24,000 bases of DNA, taken from the NCBI GenBank assembly GCA_051861205.1, contig JBHYDC010000010.1:65979-89978 (forward strand), in the 5' to 3' direction. Made by a program: the position numbers and the translations under genes. Source of the stretch: Oharaeibacter sp. GTDB lineage: Bacteria > Pseudomonadota > Alphaproteobacteria > Rhizobiales > Pleomorphomonadaceae. Below are positions 1 through 7,145 of the stretch, in pieces; positions within the stretch are counted from its first letter, which is position 1, and the number at the start of each line of letters is the position of its first letter. Under the pieces are notes generated by a model. It saw only the letters and a program-made list of their open reading frames with translations. It searched no databases and was not told the DNA's origin.

Positions 1-80
1 GTCATTGGCCGCGCCTGTTCTGGCGCGATCCCCATGTTCAAGGGCGTGTTCGCTTTTCCTGTGCCCGCATCCTGCGGTGG

Positions 81-119
81 GCCGGTTGCCGTTAACAGTT
101 TTAAAAACTAACGGCCGGC
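81..119. terminator. Imperfect long hairpin around an AT-rich core (GCCGG..CCGTTA..GTTTT/AAAAC..TAACGG..CCGGC); possible bidirectional terminator
   Basis: Inverted repeat read directly: 81-85 pairs with 115-119, 89-94 with 109-114, and 98-101 with 105-108. It lies between the window start and the 3' end of the LysR gene. There is no clear U-tract. Confidence 0.3.
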
Positions 120-292
120 ATAGGAAAACTTAATGTTGCAGCGCACTTAGTCATTGCCGCCCTGTGCGAGACCGGGCAAAGCCCCACAATCCAGCAAAAC
201 ATCTCTCGTAAAGGCCCGCTTCATAGGAGGCGCCTATCAGCCGATGCGCTGAAATCCCATCCGGCGCTGCGACAGCCCGCCGCAGCTTTCCG

Positions 293-1183
293 TCACGCCG
301 CAGTTGCCCCGCGCAGCCAATCCCCGAAGGATCGCACCAGCCCCGACCCGGATTTTGCCTCGGGATAGACAAACCAATAGGCCGTTCCTGATCGAAGCGG
401 TTGGTCGAGCAGTATCTTGAGCCGCCCGGTTCGTAGTTCCTCTTCCACCAGGAATCGCGGCATCAGCGCCACACCGAGCCCCGCCACCGCCGCGCCCGCG
501 ATCATCCCGAACTGATCGAACCGCGCCCCGGCAAAGGCGCCAGCCGTATCCACCCCGGCCATGGCGAACCAATCCCGCCAAGCGGTCGGCCGTGTCGACT
601 GGTGCAGCAGCGGCAACTGCGCCACACTATCGGCGCCGCCTATCAAGCGATCGCCCGTCAGCGACGGCGAAGCCACCGGCACCACCGCCTCGTCGCAGAG
701 ATGCTCGCACACCGCCCCCGGCCACGTGGCCTCGCCATGATGAATGGCCGCGTCCAGCGGATCCTCCGCGAAGGAAAACGGCGCCAGCCGCACCGCAAAA
801 TTCACGGTCACGCCCGGATGCATCTCCAAGAACCCCGGCAATCGCGGCATCAACCACCGCGTCGCAAACGTCGGCAGCACCGCCAAGTTCAGCGTCCCCG
901 CGCTCCCCGCAGCCCCCATCACCCGCTGCGTCGCCGCTGAGAGAGCCCCCAGAATGTGCTGCACCTCTTTGAGATAAGCCCGCCCCGCATCCGTCAGAAA
1001 CACCCGCTGGTTCACCCGCTCGAACAAATCCAGCCCCAGGCTTTCCTCCAACTGCCGGATCTGCCGGCTGACCGCCCCTTGCGTCAAATGCAACTCCCCC
1101 GCCGCCCGCGAAAAACTAAGATGCCGCCCCGCGGATTCAAACGCAGACAAAGCAGGGATGGAGGGCAGGAGAGGGCGGGACAT
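293..1183 (-). CDS. LysR-family transcriptional regulator (GcvA-like N-terminal HTH)
   Basis: 296-aa ORF. The N-terminus PSIPALSAFESAGRHLSFSRAAGELHLTQGAVSRQIRQLEESLG is a typical LTTR winged-HTH. The length and C-terminal substrate-binding region are consistent with the family. Confidence 0.85.
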   Translation of the reverse strand: MSRPLLPSIPALSAFESAGRHLSFSRAAGELHLTQGAVSRQIRQLEESLGLDLFERVNQRVFLTDAGRAYLKEVQHILGALSAATQRVMGAAGSAGTLNLAVLPTFATRWLMPRLPGFLEMHPGVTVNFAVRLAPFSFAEDPLDAAIHHGEATWPGAVCEHLCDEAVVPVASPSLTGDRLIGGADSVAQLPLLHQSTRPTAWRDWFAMAGVDTAGAFAGARFDQFGMIAGAAVAGLGVALMPRFLVEEELRTGRLKILLDQPLRSGTAYWFVYPEAKSGSGLVRSFGDWLRGATAA

Positions 1184-1284
1184 GGAGCGTTCGGGTTCAT
1201 GAGAGTTGTCGATGCCGAGTCATTGGTAACACAAGCATTTTACTCATTCATCTTCGCTTGTTCCTCAGCGAGTTAAGCGCCCAC

Positions 1285-1301
1285 GTAGCGCCCCGCGCTA
1301 C
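1285..1301. promoter_or_regulatory. 17-bp palindrome GTAGCGC-CCC-GCGCTAC, candidate HigA operator (site 1)
   Basis: Perfect 7-bp arms. It is repeated 33 bp downstream and lies 56-72 bp upstream of the higB ATG. Confidence 0.5.
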
Positions 1302-1317
1302 ATTTCAATTGCGTTCT

Positions 1318-1334
1318 GTAGCGCCCCACGCTAC
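1318..1334. promoter_or_regulatory. Second copy of the palindrome (GTAGCGCCCCACGCTAC), candidate HigA operator (site 2)
   Basis: 16 of 17 nt identical to site 1, with 6-bp arms. It overlaps a weak TTGCGT-N17-TACAAG promoter-like pattern (1309-1337) just upstream of higB. Confidence 0.45.
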
Positions 1335-1356
1335 AAGATCAAAAACGCGGCGGGCA

Positions 1357-1640
1357 ATGATCCAAAGCTGGGCATCAAAGGAGGCAAACGAGGTTTTCGA
1401 GGGGCGTTCCCCCAAGGGTTTCCCAGCCGATCGTTTCAAAACGCTGCGTCGCCGCCTCTTCCAACTCGACGCAGCGGAAACGCTCGATGATATGCGCACC
1501 CCCCCCCCGGCAATCGACTTCACGCCTTATCGGCAGATCGCGCGGGTCAATGGTCCATCAGCATCAACGCCCAATTCCGGGTCTGTTTTACGTGGGGTGC
1601 CGCGGGGCCTGAAAACGTCGATTGCGTCGACTATCACTAA
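1357..1640 (+). pseudogene. higB: HigB (RelE/ParE-superfamily) toxin, reading frame broken at a C10 tract
   Basis: Frame 1 from ATG 1357 gives MIQSWASKEANEVFEGRSPKGFPADRFKTLRRRLFQLDAAETLDDMRTPP. Frame 3 from 1509 gives GNRLHALSADRAGQWSISINAQFRVCFTWGAAGPENVDCVDYH, ending at TAA 1638-1640. Together they make a ~93-aa HigB-like protein. The two halves are joined by the poly-C run at 1499-1508. Confidence 0.8.
1499..1508 (+). repeat. Homopolymeric C10 tract inside higB
   Basis: Read directly and consistent with the supplied frame-1 translation TPPPAIDF. C11 or C8 would restore the toxin frame. Confidence 0.9.
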
Positions 1641-1658
1641 GACATCAGGGAGCCTCCC

Positions 1659-1973
1659 ATGACTGATTTCGATACGTTCACGTTGCCCGCGCCGCATCCC
1701 GGTGAACATCTGCGGGAAGATTTCCTCCCGGCCTACGGCCTCACCCCCGGCGCACTTGCCCGCGCCATGGGCCTCAAGGACCGCGCTCGCATCGAGCGGA
1801 TCGTGCGCGAACAACAGGCTATCACGGCCGACACAGCGCTTCGCCTCGGCCGGGTGTTCGGCAATTCGGCGCAGTTCTGGATCAACCTTCAGGCCACGCA
1901 TGATCTGTCCAAGGCGGCCATGGCGAGCCGGAACGAACTGGCCGCCATCAAGCCCCTCCAGCCGACGGCATAG
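1659..1973 (+). CDS. higA: HigA antitoxin (XRE-type HTH)
   Basis: 104-aa ORF. PHPGEHLREDFLPAYGLTPGALARAMGLKDRARIERIVREQQAITADTALRLGRVFGNSAQFWINLQATHDL matches the HigA/VapI family pattern. A GGGAG Shine-Dalgarno sits 8 nt upstream, and the gene starts 18 nt after the higB stop. Confidence 0.9.
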   Translation: MTDFDTFTLPAPHPGEHLREDFLPAYGLTPGALARAMGLKDRARIERIVREQQAITADTALRLGRVFGNSAQFWINLQATHDLSKAAMASRNELAAIKPLQPTA

Positions 1974-1982
1974 TCACCGAGT

Positions 1983-2001
1983 TCATGAGCAAACCTCATG
2001 A
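1983..2001. promoter_or_regulatory. Perfect dyad TCATGAG-N5-CTCATGA (contains a T-N11-A LTTR-box pattern)
   Basis: Read directly and confirmed by the supplied translation ...RVHEQTS*. It lies 10 nt after the higA stop and about 135 nt upstream of amaB. Confidence 0.35.
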
Positions 2002-2133
2002 CCATGCCAGAAATCATCGCTTGATAGTCGTGCGCTGAAAGAGGGATAAGCGAGGCTTGAAGCCGCAAAATCCCGGCACCGCATCGGCCGTCTCGCCGTT
2101 TTCCGGCCCGGCCGCATTGCCCGAGGAACCGAC

Positions 2134-3666
2134 ATGACCGTATCGCCCAAGATCGAAAGCCTCGGCGAGGAAACCGCCGCGCTCCTCGCCCGCCTCGGTG
2201 TTCCCGCCGCATCCGTCACGGGCGGCAACCTCATCGTCCGCTCGCCAATCACCGGCGAAACCATTGGCGCGCTGCATGAGGCCGGCGCTGCCGAGATGTC
2301 CGCCGCGATCACCCGCGCTCATGCGGCGTATCTCGCCTGGCGCAAGGTGCCCGCCCCCAAGCGCGGCGAGCTCGTGCGTCTGCTCGGCGAGGAATTGCGC
2401 GCCGCCAAGGACGATCTCGGCCGTCTCGTCACCATCGAGGCTGGCAAGATCGTGTCCGAGGGCCTCGGCGAGGTCCAGGAGATGATCGACATCTGCGACT
2501 TCGCGGTCGGCCTTTCCCGCCAGCTTTACGGCCTCACCATCGCCACCGAACGCGCCTCCCACCGCATGATGGAAACGTGGCACCCGGTCGGCGTCGTCGG
2601 CGTCATCTCCGCGTTCAACTTCCCCGTCGCGGTCTGGTCGTGGAACGCAGCGCTGGCGCTCGTCTGCGGTAACACCGTCGTGTGGAAGCCGTCGGAGAAA
2701 ACCCCGCTCACCGCGCTCGCCGTCCAGGCGCTGTTCGAGCGCGCCGCCGCGAAATTCGGCGCGCCGGCCGGTCTCTCGGAAGTCGTGATCGGTACCCGCG
2801 CCGCCGGAGAGGCGTTGGTGGACGATGCCCGCGTGCCCGTCGTGTCGGCCACCGGCTCCACCGCCATGGGCCGCGCCGTCGCGCCGAAACTGGCCAAGCG
2901 CTTCGCCCGCGCGATTCTGGAACTCGGCGGCAACAACGCCGCCATCGTTTGCCCCTCGGCGGATCTCGACCTCGTCGTGCGCGCCGTCGCCTTCTCCGCC
3001 ATGGGCACCGCCGGCCAGCGCTGCACCACGCTTCGCCGCCTCTTCGTTCACGACAGCATCTACGACGCGCTCGTGCCGCGCCTGAAGAAGGCCTACGGCT
3101 CGGTCAAGGTCGGCGATCCCCGCGTCGCCGGCACGCTCGTGGGCCCGCTGATCGACGCCGCTTCGTTCCAGGCGATGCAATCCTCGCTCGACGCCGCCCG
3201 CGCGGCTGGTGGCACGATTACGGGCGGCGAACGCGCCTTCGCAGAAGCCGGGGAGGGCGCTTACTACGCCCGGCCCGCGCTCGCCGAAATGCCGGGCCAA
3301 GCCGACATCGTGGCGCACGAAACCTTCGCGCCCATCCTCTACGTGATGCGCTGGTCGACCTTCGACGACGTCCTCGCCCTGCACAACGGCGTGCCGCAGG
3401 GCCTGTCGTCGTCCATCTTCACCAACGACCTGCGCGAAGCCGAGCGATTCCTCTCCGTCGAGGGCTCGGACTGCGGCATCGCCAACGTGAATATCGGGCC
3501 CTCCGGCGCTGAAATCGGCGGGGCCTTCGGCGGCGAGAAGGAAACCGGCGGCGGCCGCGAAGCCGGCTCCGACGCCTGGAAGGCCTACATGCGCCGCGCC
3601 ACCAACACCATCAACTATGGCCGCGACCTGCCGCTTGCGCAGGGCGTCACCTTCGACGTGGAGTGA
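2134..3666 (+). CDS. amaB: ALDH7-type aldehyde dehydrogenase (likely alpha-aminoadipic semialdehyde / piperideine-6-carboxylate dehydrogenase)
   Basis: 510 aa. It contains [22 protein letters not shown], which is typical of the antiquitin/ALDH7 subfamily, plus ELGGNNA and the catalytic GQRCT motif. It sits immediately upstream of gcdH. Confidence 0.8.
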   Translation: MTVSPKIESLGEETAALLARLGVPAASVTGGNLIVRSPITGETIGALHEAGAAEMSAAITRAHAAYLAWRKVPAPKRGELVRLLGEELRAAKDDLGRLVTIEAGKIVSEGLGEVQEMIDICDFAVGLSRQLYGLTIATERASHRMMETWHPVGVVGVISAFNFPVAVWSWNAALALVCGNTVVWKPSEKTPLTALAVQALFERAAAKFGAPAGLSEVVIGTRAAGEALVDDARVPVVSATGSTAMGRAVAPKLAKRFARAILELGGNNAAIVCPSADLDLVVRAVAFSAMGTAGQRCTTLRRLFVHDSIYDALVPRLKKAYGSVKVGDPRVAGTLVGPLIDAASFQAMQSSLDAARAAGGTITGGERAFAEAGEGAYYARPALAEMPGQADIVAHETFAPILYVMRWSTFDDVLALHNGVPQGLSSSIFTNDLREAERFLSVEGSDCGIANVNIGPSGAEIGGAFGGEKETGGGREAGSDAWKAYMRRATNTINYGRDLPLAQGVTFDVE

Positions 3667-3670
3667 GCCG

Positions 3671-4885
3671 ATGACCGCCGTTCACAAGCCCGCCGCCGAC
3701 AAGCCTCGCGCCGTCTTTCAGTGGGACGATCCGTTTTTCCTCGACGATCAGCTCACCGAAGACGAGCGCATGATCCGCGACACCGCCCGCGCCTATGCGC
3801 AGGAAAAGCTTCAGCCGCGCGTCATCGAAGCCTATGCGGAGGAAAAAACCGACGCCTCGATCTTTCGCGAAATGGGCGAACTCGGCCTCCTCGGCGTCAC
3901 CCTGCCGGAGGAATACGGCTGCGCCGGCGCCTCATACGTGTCCTACGGTCTCGTCGCCCGCGAAGTGGAGCGTGTCGATTCCGGCTATCGCTCCATGATG
4001 AGCGTGCAATCCTCGCTCGTCATGTACCCGATCTACGCCTACGGCGATGAAGCGCAGCGCAAGCGCTATCTCCCCAAGCTCGCGTCCGGCGAATGGATCG
4101 GCTGCTTCGGCTTGACTGAACCCGACGCCGGATCGGACCCCGCCGGCATGCGCGCCCGCGCTGAAAAAGTGTCGGACGGCTACCGCCTCACCGGCTCCAA
4201 GATGTGGATCTCCAATTCCCCCATCGCCGACGTGTTCGTCGTCTGGGCGAAATCCGAAGCCCACGGCGGCGAAATCCGCGGCTTCATACTTGAGAAGGGC
4301 ATGGCCGGCCTCTCCGCCCCCAAGATCGGCGGCAAGCTTAGCTTACGCGCCTCCATCACCGGCGAGATTGTCATGGACGGCGTGGTGGTCCCCGAAAGCG
4401 CGTTGCTGCCCAACGTTTCCGGCCTCAAAGGCCCGTTCGGCTGCCTGAACCGCGCCCGCTACGGCATTTCCTGGGGCGTGCTCGGGTCAGCCGAATTCTG
4501 CTTCCACGCCGCCCGCTCCTACACGCTCGACCGCAAGCAATTCGGCAAGCCGCTGGCCCAAACCCAGCTCATCCAGAAAAAGCTCGCCGACATGCAGACC
4601 GAAATCACCCTCGGCCTGCAAGCCTCGCTGCGCGTCGGCCGCCTGTTCGACGAAGGCCGCATGGCGCCAGAGATGATCTCCCTGGTCAAGCGCAATAACT
4701 GCGGCAAAGCCCTGGATATCGCGCGCATGGCGCGAGACATGCACGGCGGCAACGGCATTTCCGAGGAATACCAAGTCATGCGCCACATGGTGAACCTTGA
4801 AACGGTGAACACCTATGAGGGCACGCATGACGTGCACGCGCTGATCCTCGGCCGCGCCATCACCGGCTTGCAAGCCTTCTTCTAA
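3671..4885 (+). CDS. gcdH: Glutaryl-CoA dehydrogenase
   Basis: The acyl-CoA dehydrogenase fold has glutaryl-CoA dehydrogenase-type motifs ([53 protein letters not shown]). The ATG at 3671 (MTAVHKP) is preferred over the ORF-track start at 3617, which overlaps amaB. The gap after the amaB stop is 4 nt. Confidence 0.88.
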   Translation: MTAVHKPAADKPRAVFQWDDPFFLDDQLTEDERMIRDTARAYAQEKLQPRVIEAYAEEKTDASIFREMGELGLLGVTLPEEYGCAGASYVSYGLVAREVERVDSGYRSMMSVQSSLVMYPIYAYGDEAQRKRYLPKLASGEWIGCFGLTEPDAGSDPAGMRARAEKVSDGYRLTGSKMWISNSPIADVFVVWAKSEAHGGEIRGFILEKGMAGLSAPKIGGKLSLRASITGEIVMDGVVVPESALLPNVSGLKGPFGCLNRARYGISWGVLGSAEFCFHAARSYTLDRKQFGKPLAQTQLIQKKLADMQTEITLGLQASLRVGRLFDEGRMAPEMISLVKRNNCGKALDIARMARDMHGGNGISEEYQVMRHMVNLETVNTYEGTHDVHALILGRAITGLQAFF

Positions 4886-4901
4886 GCGCGAGCCCACCGT
4901 C

Positions 4902-5606
4902 ATGAGCGCCCACGCCCTCACCACCATCGGTTTCGACGCTGACGATACGCTCTGGCAGAACGAAACCTTCTACCGGCTCACCGAGGAGCGATTTCAGGCG
5001 CTGCTGGCGGACTATGCCGAGCCGGTGGACCTTTCCGCCCGGCTCTTGACGGCGGAGCGGCGCAACCTTGGGCATTATGGCTTCGGCATCAAGGGTTTCA
5101 CCCTTTCCATGATCGAAACCGCGATCGAGGTGACAGAGGGCAGGGTGCCCGCCTCGGTGATCCAAAGCATCCTTGATGCGGGCCGCGACATGCTCAGCCA
5201 TCCCGTCGAAGCGCTGCCCCATGCGCGCGAAACGCTGGAGGCGCTGGCCGGGTCTCACACGCTCGTCTTGATCACCAAGGGCGATCTCTTCGATCAGGAG
5301 CGCAAGCTCGCTGCCTCCGGGCTCGGCGAATTGTTCGACGCGGTCGAGATCGTCAGCGACAAGACCGCCGCGACCTACGAGCGCATCTTCGCCCGCCACG
5401 GCCATGGCGCCGCGCAGGCTATGATGGTCGGCAATTCGCTGAAATCAGATGTCATCCCCGCTATCCGTGCAGGCGGCTGGGGTGTTCACGTCCCGCATCA
5501 TTTGACATGGGCGGTCGAGCACGCCGAGCCCCCGGCAAACGAACCCCGCTTCCGCGCGATCGAAAACCTGTCGGGGATTGTCCCCCTGGTGCGCGCTCTG
5601 GCCTAA
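4902..5606 (+). CDS. HAD-superfamily hydrolase
   Basis: 234 aa. Motif I is FDADDTLW (DxDxT), and the later motifs ITKGD and VGNSLKSD are present. Confidence 0.75.
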   Translation: MSAHALTTIGFDADDTLWQNETFYRLTEERFQALLADYAEPVDLSARLLTAERRNLGHYGFGIKGFTLSMIETAIEVTEGRVPASVIQSILDAGRDMLSHPVEALPHARETLEALAGSHTLVLITKGDLFDQERKLAASGLGELFDAVEIVSDKTAATYERIFARHGHGAAQAMMVGNSLKSDVIPAIRAGGWGVHVPHHLTWAVEHAEPPANEPRFRAIENLSGIVPLVRALA

Positions 5607-5610
5607 CGCC

Positions 5611-5892
5611 TCAGCGGCTGTGCACCAGCTTCAGCTTGGGGCGCGGCGCCCAGCGCGAGAAGGTCAGCAAGGTCAGCCCGTCATAGGTTTCGCCCAATGA
5701 GGTGAAATATTTCATCCGGGTCGCCAGCGCTTCGGCCTGCGCCACCGTCGCGATCGGCATCCACCGCTCCACCTGTCCAGCTCCCAAGGCGAGCGCCGCG
5801 AGCAAAAGCCCGATCTCGATCCCCTCGACGAAGTCATCGCTGCGTCCGGGAAACCGAACCACGAGCCCCTCTTCGACTTCGACGTCCCGCAT
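5611..5892 (-). CDS. Hypothetical protein (~93 aa)
   Basis: The ORF has high GC3. The internal ATG at 5892 is preceded by AGGAG 8 nt upstream. The ORF-track start at 5973 is a GTG abutting the terminator hairpin. I recognise no family. Confidence 0.5.
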   Translation of the reverse strand: MRDVEVEEGLVVRFPGRSDDFVEGIEIGLLLAALALGAGQVERWMPIATVAQAEALATRMKYFTSLGETYDGLTLLTFSRWAPRPKLKLVHSR

Positions 5893-5976
5893 GATCCAAC
5901 TCCTGTCTGTCGGATCATTGAAGGACGCTATGGTTAACACCCGGTGAAAGTTCACCGCGCGGTTAAGGTTCACTGC

Positions 5977-6010
5977 ATTAGGAAGGGGCGCCGAAACGCC
6001 CCTTCCTAAT
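5977..6010. terminator. Perfect 14-bp stem hairpin (ATTAGGAAGGGGCG-ccgaaa-CGCCCCTTCCTAAT)
   Basis: Inverted repeat read directly. It begins about 30 nt downstream of the stop of the YsnF-like gene (minus strand). There is no U-tract on either side. Confidence 0.6.
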
Positions 6011-6040
6011 CACGCTGCCGAAAATCGGTTGTGCTGCCGG

Positions 6041-6739
6041 TCAGGTCCCGGCGCGGTTCGTGTCCTTGATCGTTCCGCGCTCGTCATTGATCTCGACCGC
6101 GGTGCGGCGGTGCGTGCCGGACGCCTCTCCGGCGCGCTCCTTGCTGACGTCCACGGCCTCGGCGATTGGCATTTCAACAAAATAGGACCGCACCCGCACA
6201 CGGCCGTGACTGACGTCGCGTTTGCCGATGCGCATTTCATCCTCGACGACGGGAATGCGTTGCTCCTCATCGCTAGTGCGGCCCGCCAGCGACCGATCAG
6301 ACGCGCCGCTGATCGTGTCGGAAGCAGTCGACTCTCCACCGAAAGAGCCGCTCCAGCCTTCCTGCCGCCAAGCCGTCTCACGCGCTTCGAGATCCACGGC
6401 GCCTTCATCGTCAAGAATGTCGATCACGCGCTCGTAAAGGTCCGCGGATGGACGCACGGAGAGCACATATCCGCCGCGCCGCAGCCCTTCCGCATAGGTG
6501 GAACGATCGTCGTCGGGCAGAAACAGATCGCGAAGCGTCTCCCAAAAGCCCCCCGCCGTTTCGCTTGCCGGCGCCGCCTCATCCGCCTGGGAGCCTTCCA
6601 CGATTGTGATCGCATTGCGGGCAATGCCCAGCGCCGCCACACGCCCAGCGGCCTCATCCGCCTTAGGGCGCTGGTCGAAGAAGGCGGTAATCAGCCGGTC
6701 GGAGCCGGACTCGCTTTCAAAGCCACTAGCCATGGTCAT
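6041..6739 (-). CDS. YsnF/AvaK (DUF2382) domain general-stress protein
   Basis: 232 aa. The C-terminal IPVVEDEMRIGKRDVSHGRVRVRSYFVE repeat is typical of DUF2382, and the N-terminal part is acidic. Its start overlaps the upstream gene's stop (ATGA). Confidence 0.7.
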   Translation of the reverse strand: MTMASGFESESGSDRLITAFFDQRPKADEAAGRVAALGIARNAITIVEGSQADEAAPASETAGGFWETLRDLFLPDDDRSTYAEGLRRGGYVLSVRPSADLYERVIDILDDEGAVDLEARETAWRQEGWSGSFGGESTASDTISGASDRSLAGRTSDEEQRIPVVEDEMRIGKRDVSHGRVRVRSYFVEMPIAEAVDVSKERAGEASGTHRRTAVEINDERGTIKDTNRAGT

Positions 6740-7071
6740 TCCTCTTCCCGGTTTTGTTCGCCGGCCACCGTTTCACGGTCCACGACGACGCGCCGCTTGA
6801 TGTGGAGTTTTTCCTTGAGGACAAGACGTTTCTCGAACACCATCACCGCCTCCGTCATCGGAACGATGAGAACGTTGCCTTTGGTGCGAACCTCCGGCGC
6901 CTGGTCGACAGGGGTGTCGAACAGCACGCGCGAAATATCCACGATCTCGGTGTCGAGCGTTTTCTCCAGTGCTCTTGCCTTGACGTCGACGAGGGTGTGA
7001 ACGCGCAGGCGAACGCCAAGAACGTCGTCACGCTCAAGAGCCGTCTCGGTTGTCGCATTGGGATTGGTCAT
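6736..7071 (-). CDS. Small DUF2382/YsnF-like protein (~111 aa)
   Basis: VPMTEAVMVFEKRLVLKEKLHIKRRVVVDRE resembles the DUF2382 repeat. The ATG at 7071 (MTNPNATTE) is preferred over the ORF-track start at 7125, which would swallow the promoter. Confidence 0.6.
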   Translation of the reverse strand: MTNPNATTETALERDDVLGVRLRVHTLVDVKARALEKTLDTEIVDISRVLFDTPVDQAPEVRTKGNVLIVPMTEAVMVFEKRLVLKEKLHIKRRVVVDRETVAGEQNREEE

Positions 7072-7097
7072 CGGTCCCCCGCTCCGTGCAGAGGATG

Positions 7098-7122
7098 AAC
7101 GGCTCAGCGATGGCCAAGTTCC
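7098..7122 (-). promoter_or_regulatory. Sigma-EcfG (alphaproteobacterial general stress response) type promoter GGAAC-N16-CGTT
   Basis: The minus strand reads GGGAACttggccatcgctgagcCGTTcatcc. GGAAC is at 7122..7118 and CGTT at 7101..7098, with an exact 16-nt spacer. The CGTT lies about 27 nt upstream of the ATG at 7071. The downstream genes are of classic GSR-regulon type. Confidence 0.7.
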
Positions 7123-7145
7123 CAATCACACTAAAGGCCGCGCAA

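Noticed and set aside
1-111. Possible 3' end of an upstream plus-strand gene (frame 1 open to TAA 109-111)
   Set aside because: Only 36 codons are visible, with no recognisable motif and mixed codon bias, so a call cannot be supported.
151-581. ORFs 151..372 and 237..581 on the minus strand near the LysR 3' end
   Set aside because: They overlap the LysR gene out of frame or lie in the downstream non-coding region. They are Arg/Gly-rich and have no motif.
2014-3384. 456-aa ORF on the minus strand opposite amaB
   Set aside because: It lies entirely antisense to a well-supported ALDH gene. Its Gly/Arg/Ala/Asp-rich low-complexity composition is typical of shadow ORFs in high-GC DNA.
3617-3670. 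N-terminal extensions offered by the ORF track (3617 for gcdH; also 15487 for bioF, 16443 for bioB, 17649 for the sugar SBP, 8029 for cbiB, 7125 and 5973 for small ORFs, 23500 for recX, 1258 for higB)
   Set aside because: The extensions overlap upstream genes, promoters or repeats, and add non-conserved Arg/Pro-rich residues. Internal ATG starts restore canonical N-termini and 4-nt coupling overlaps.
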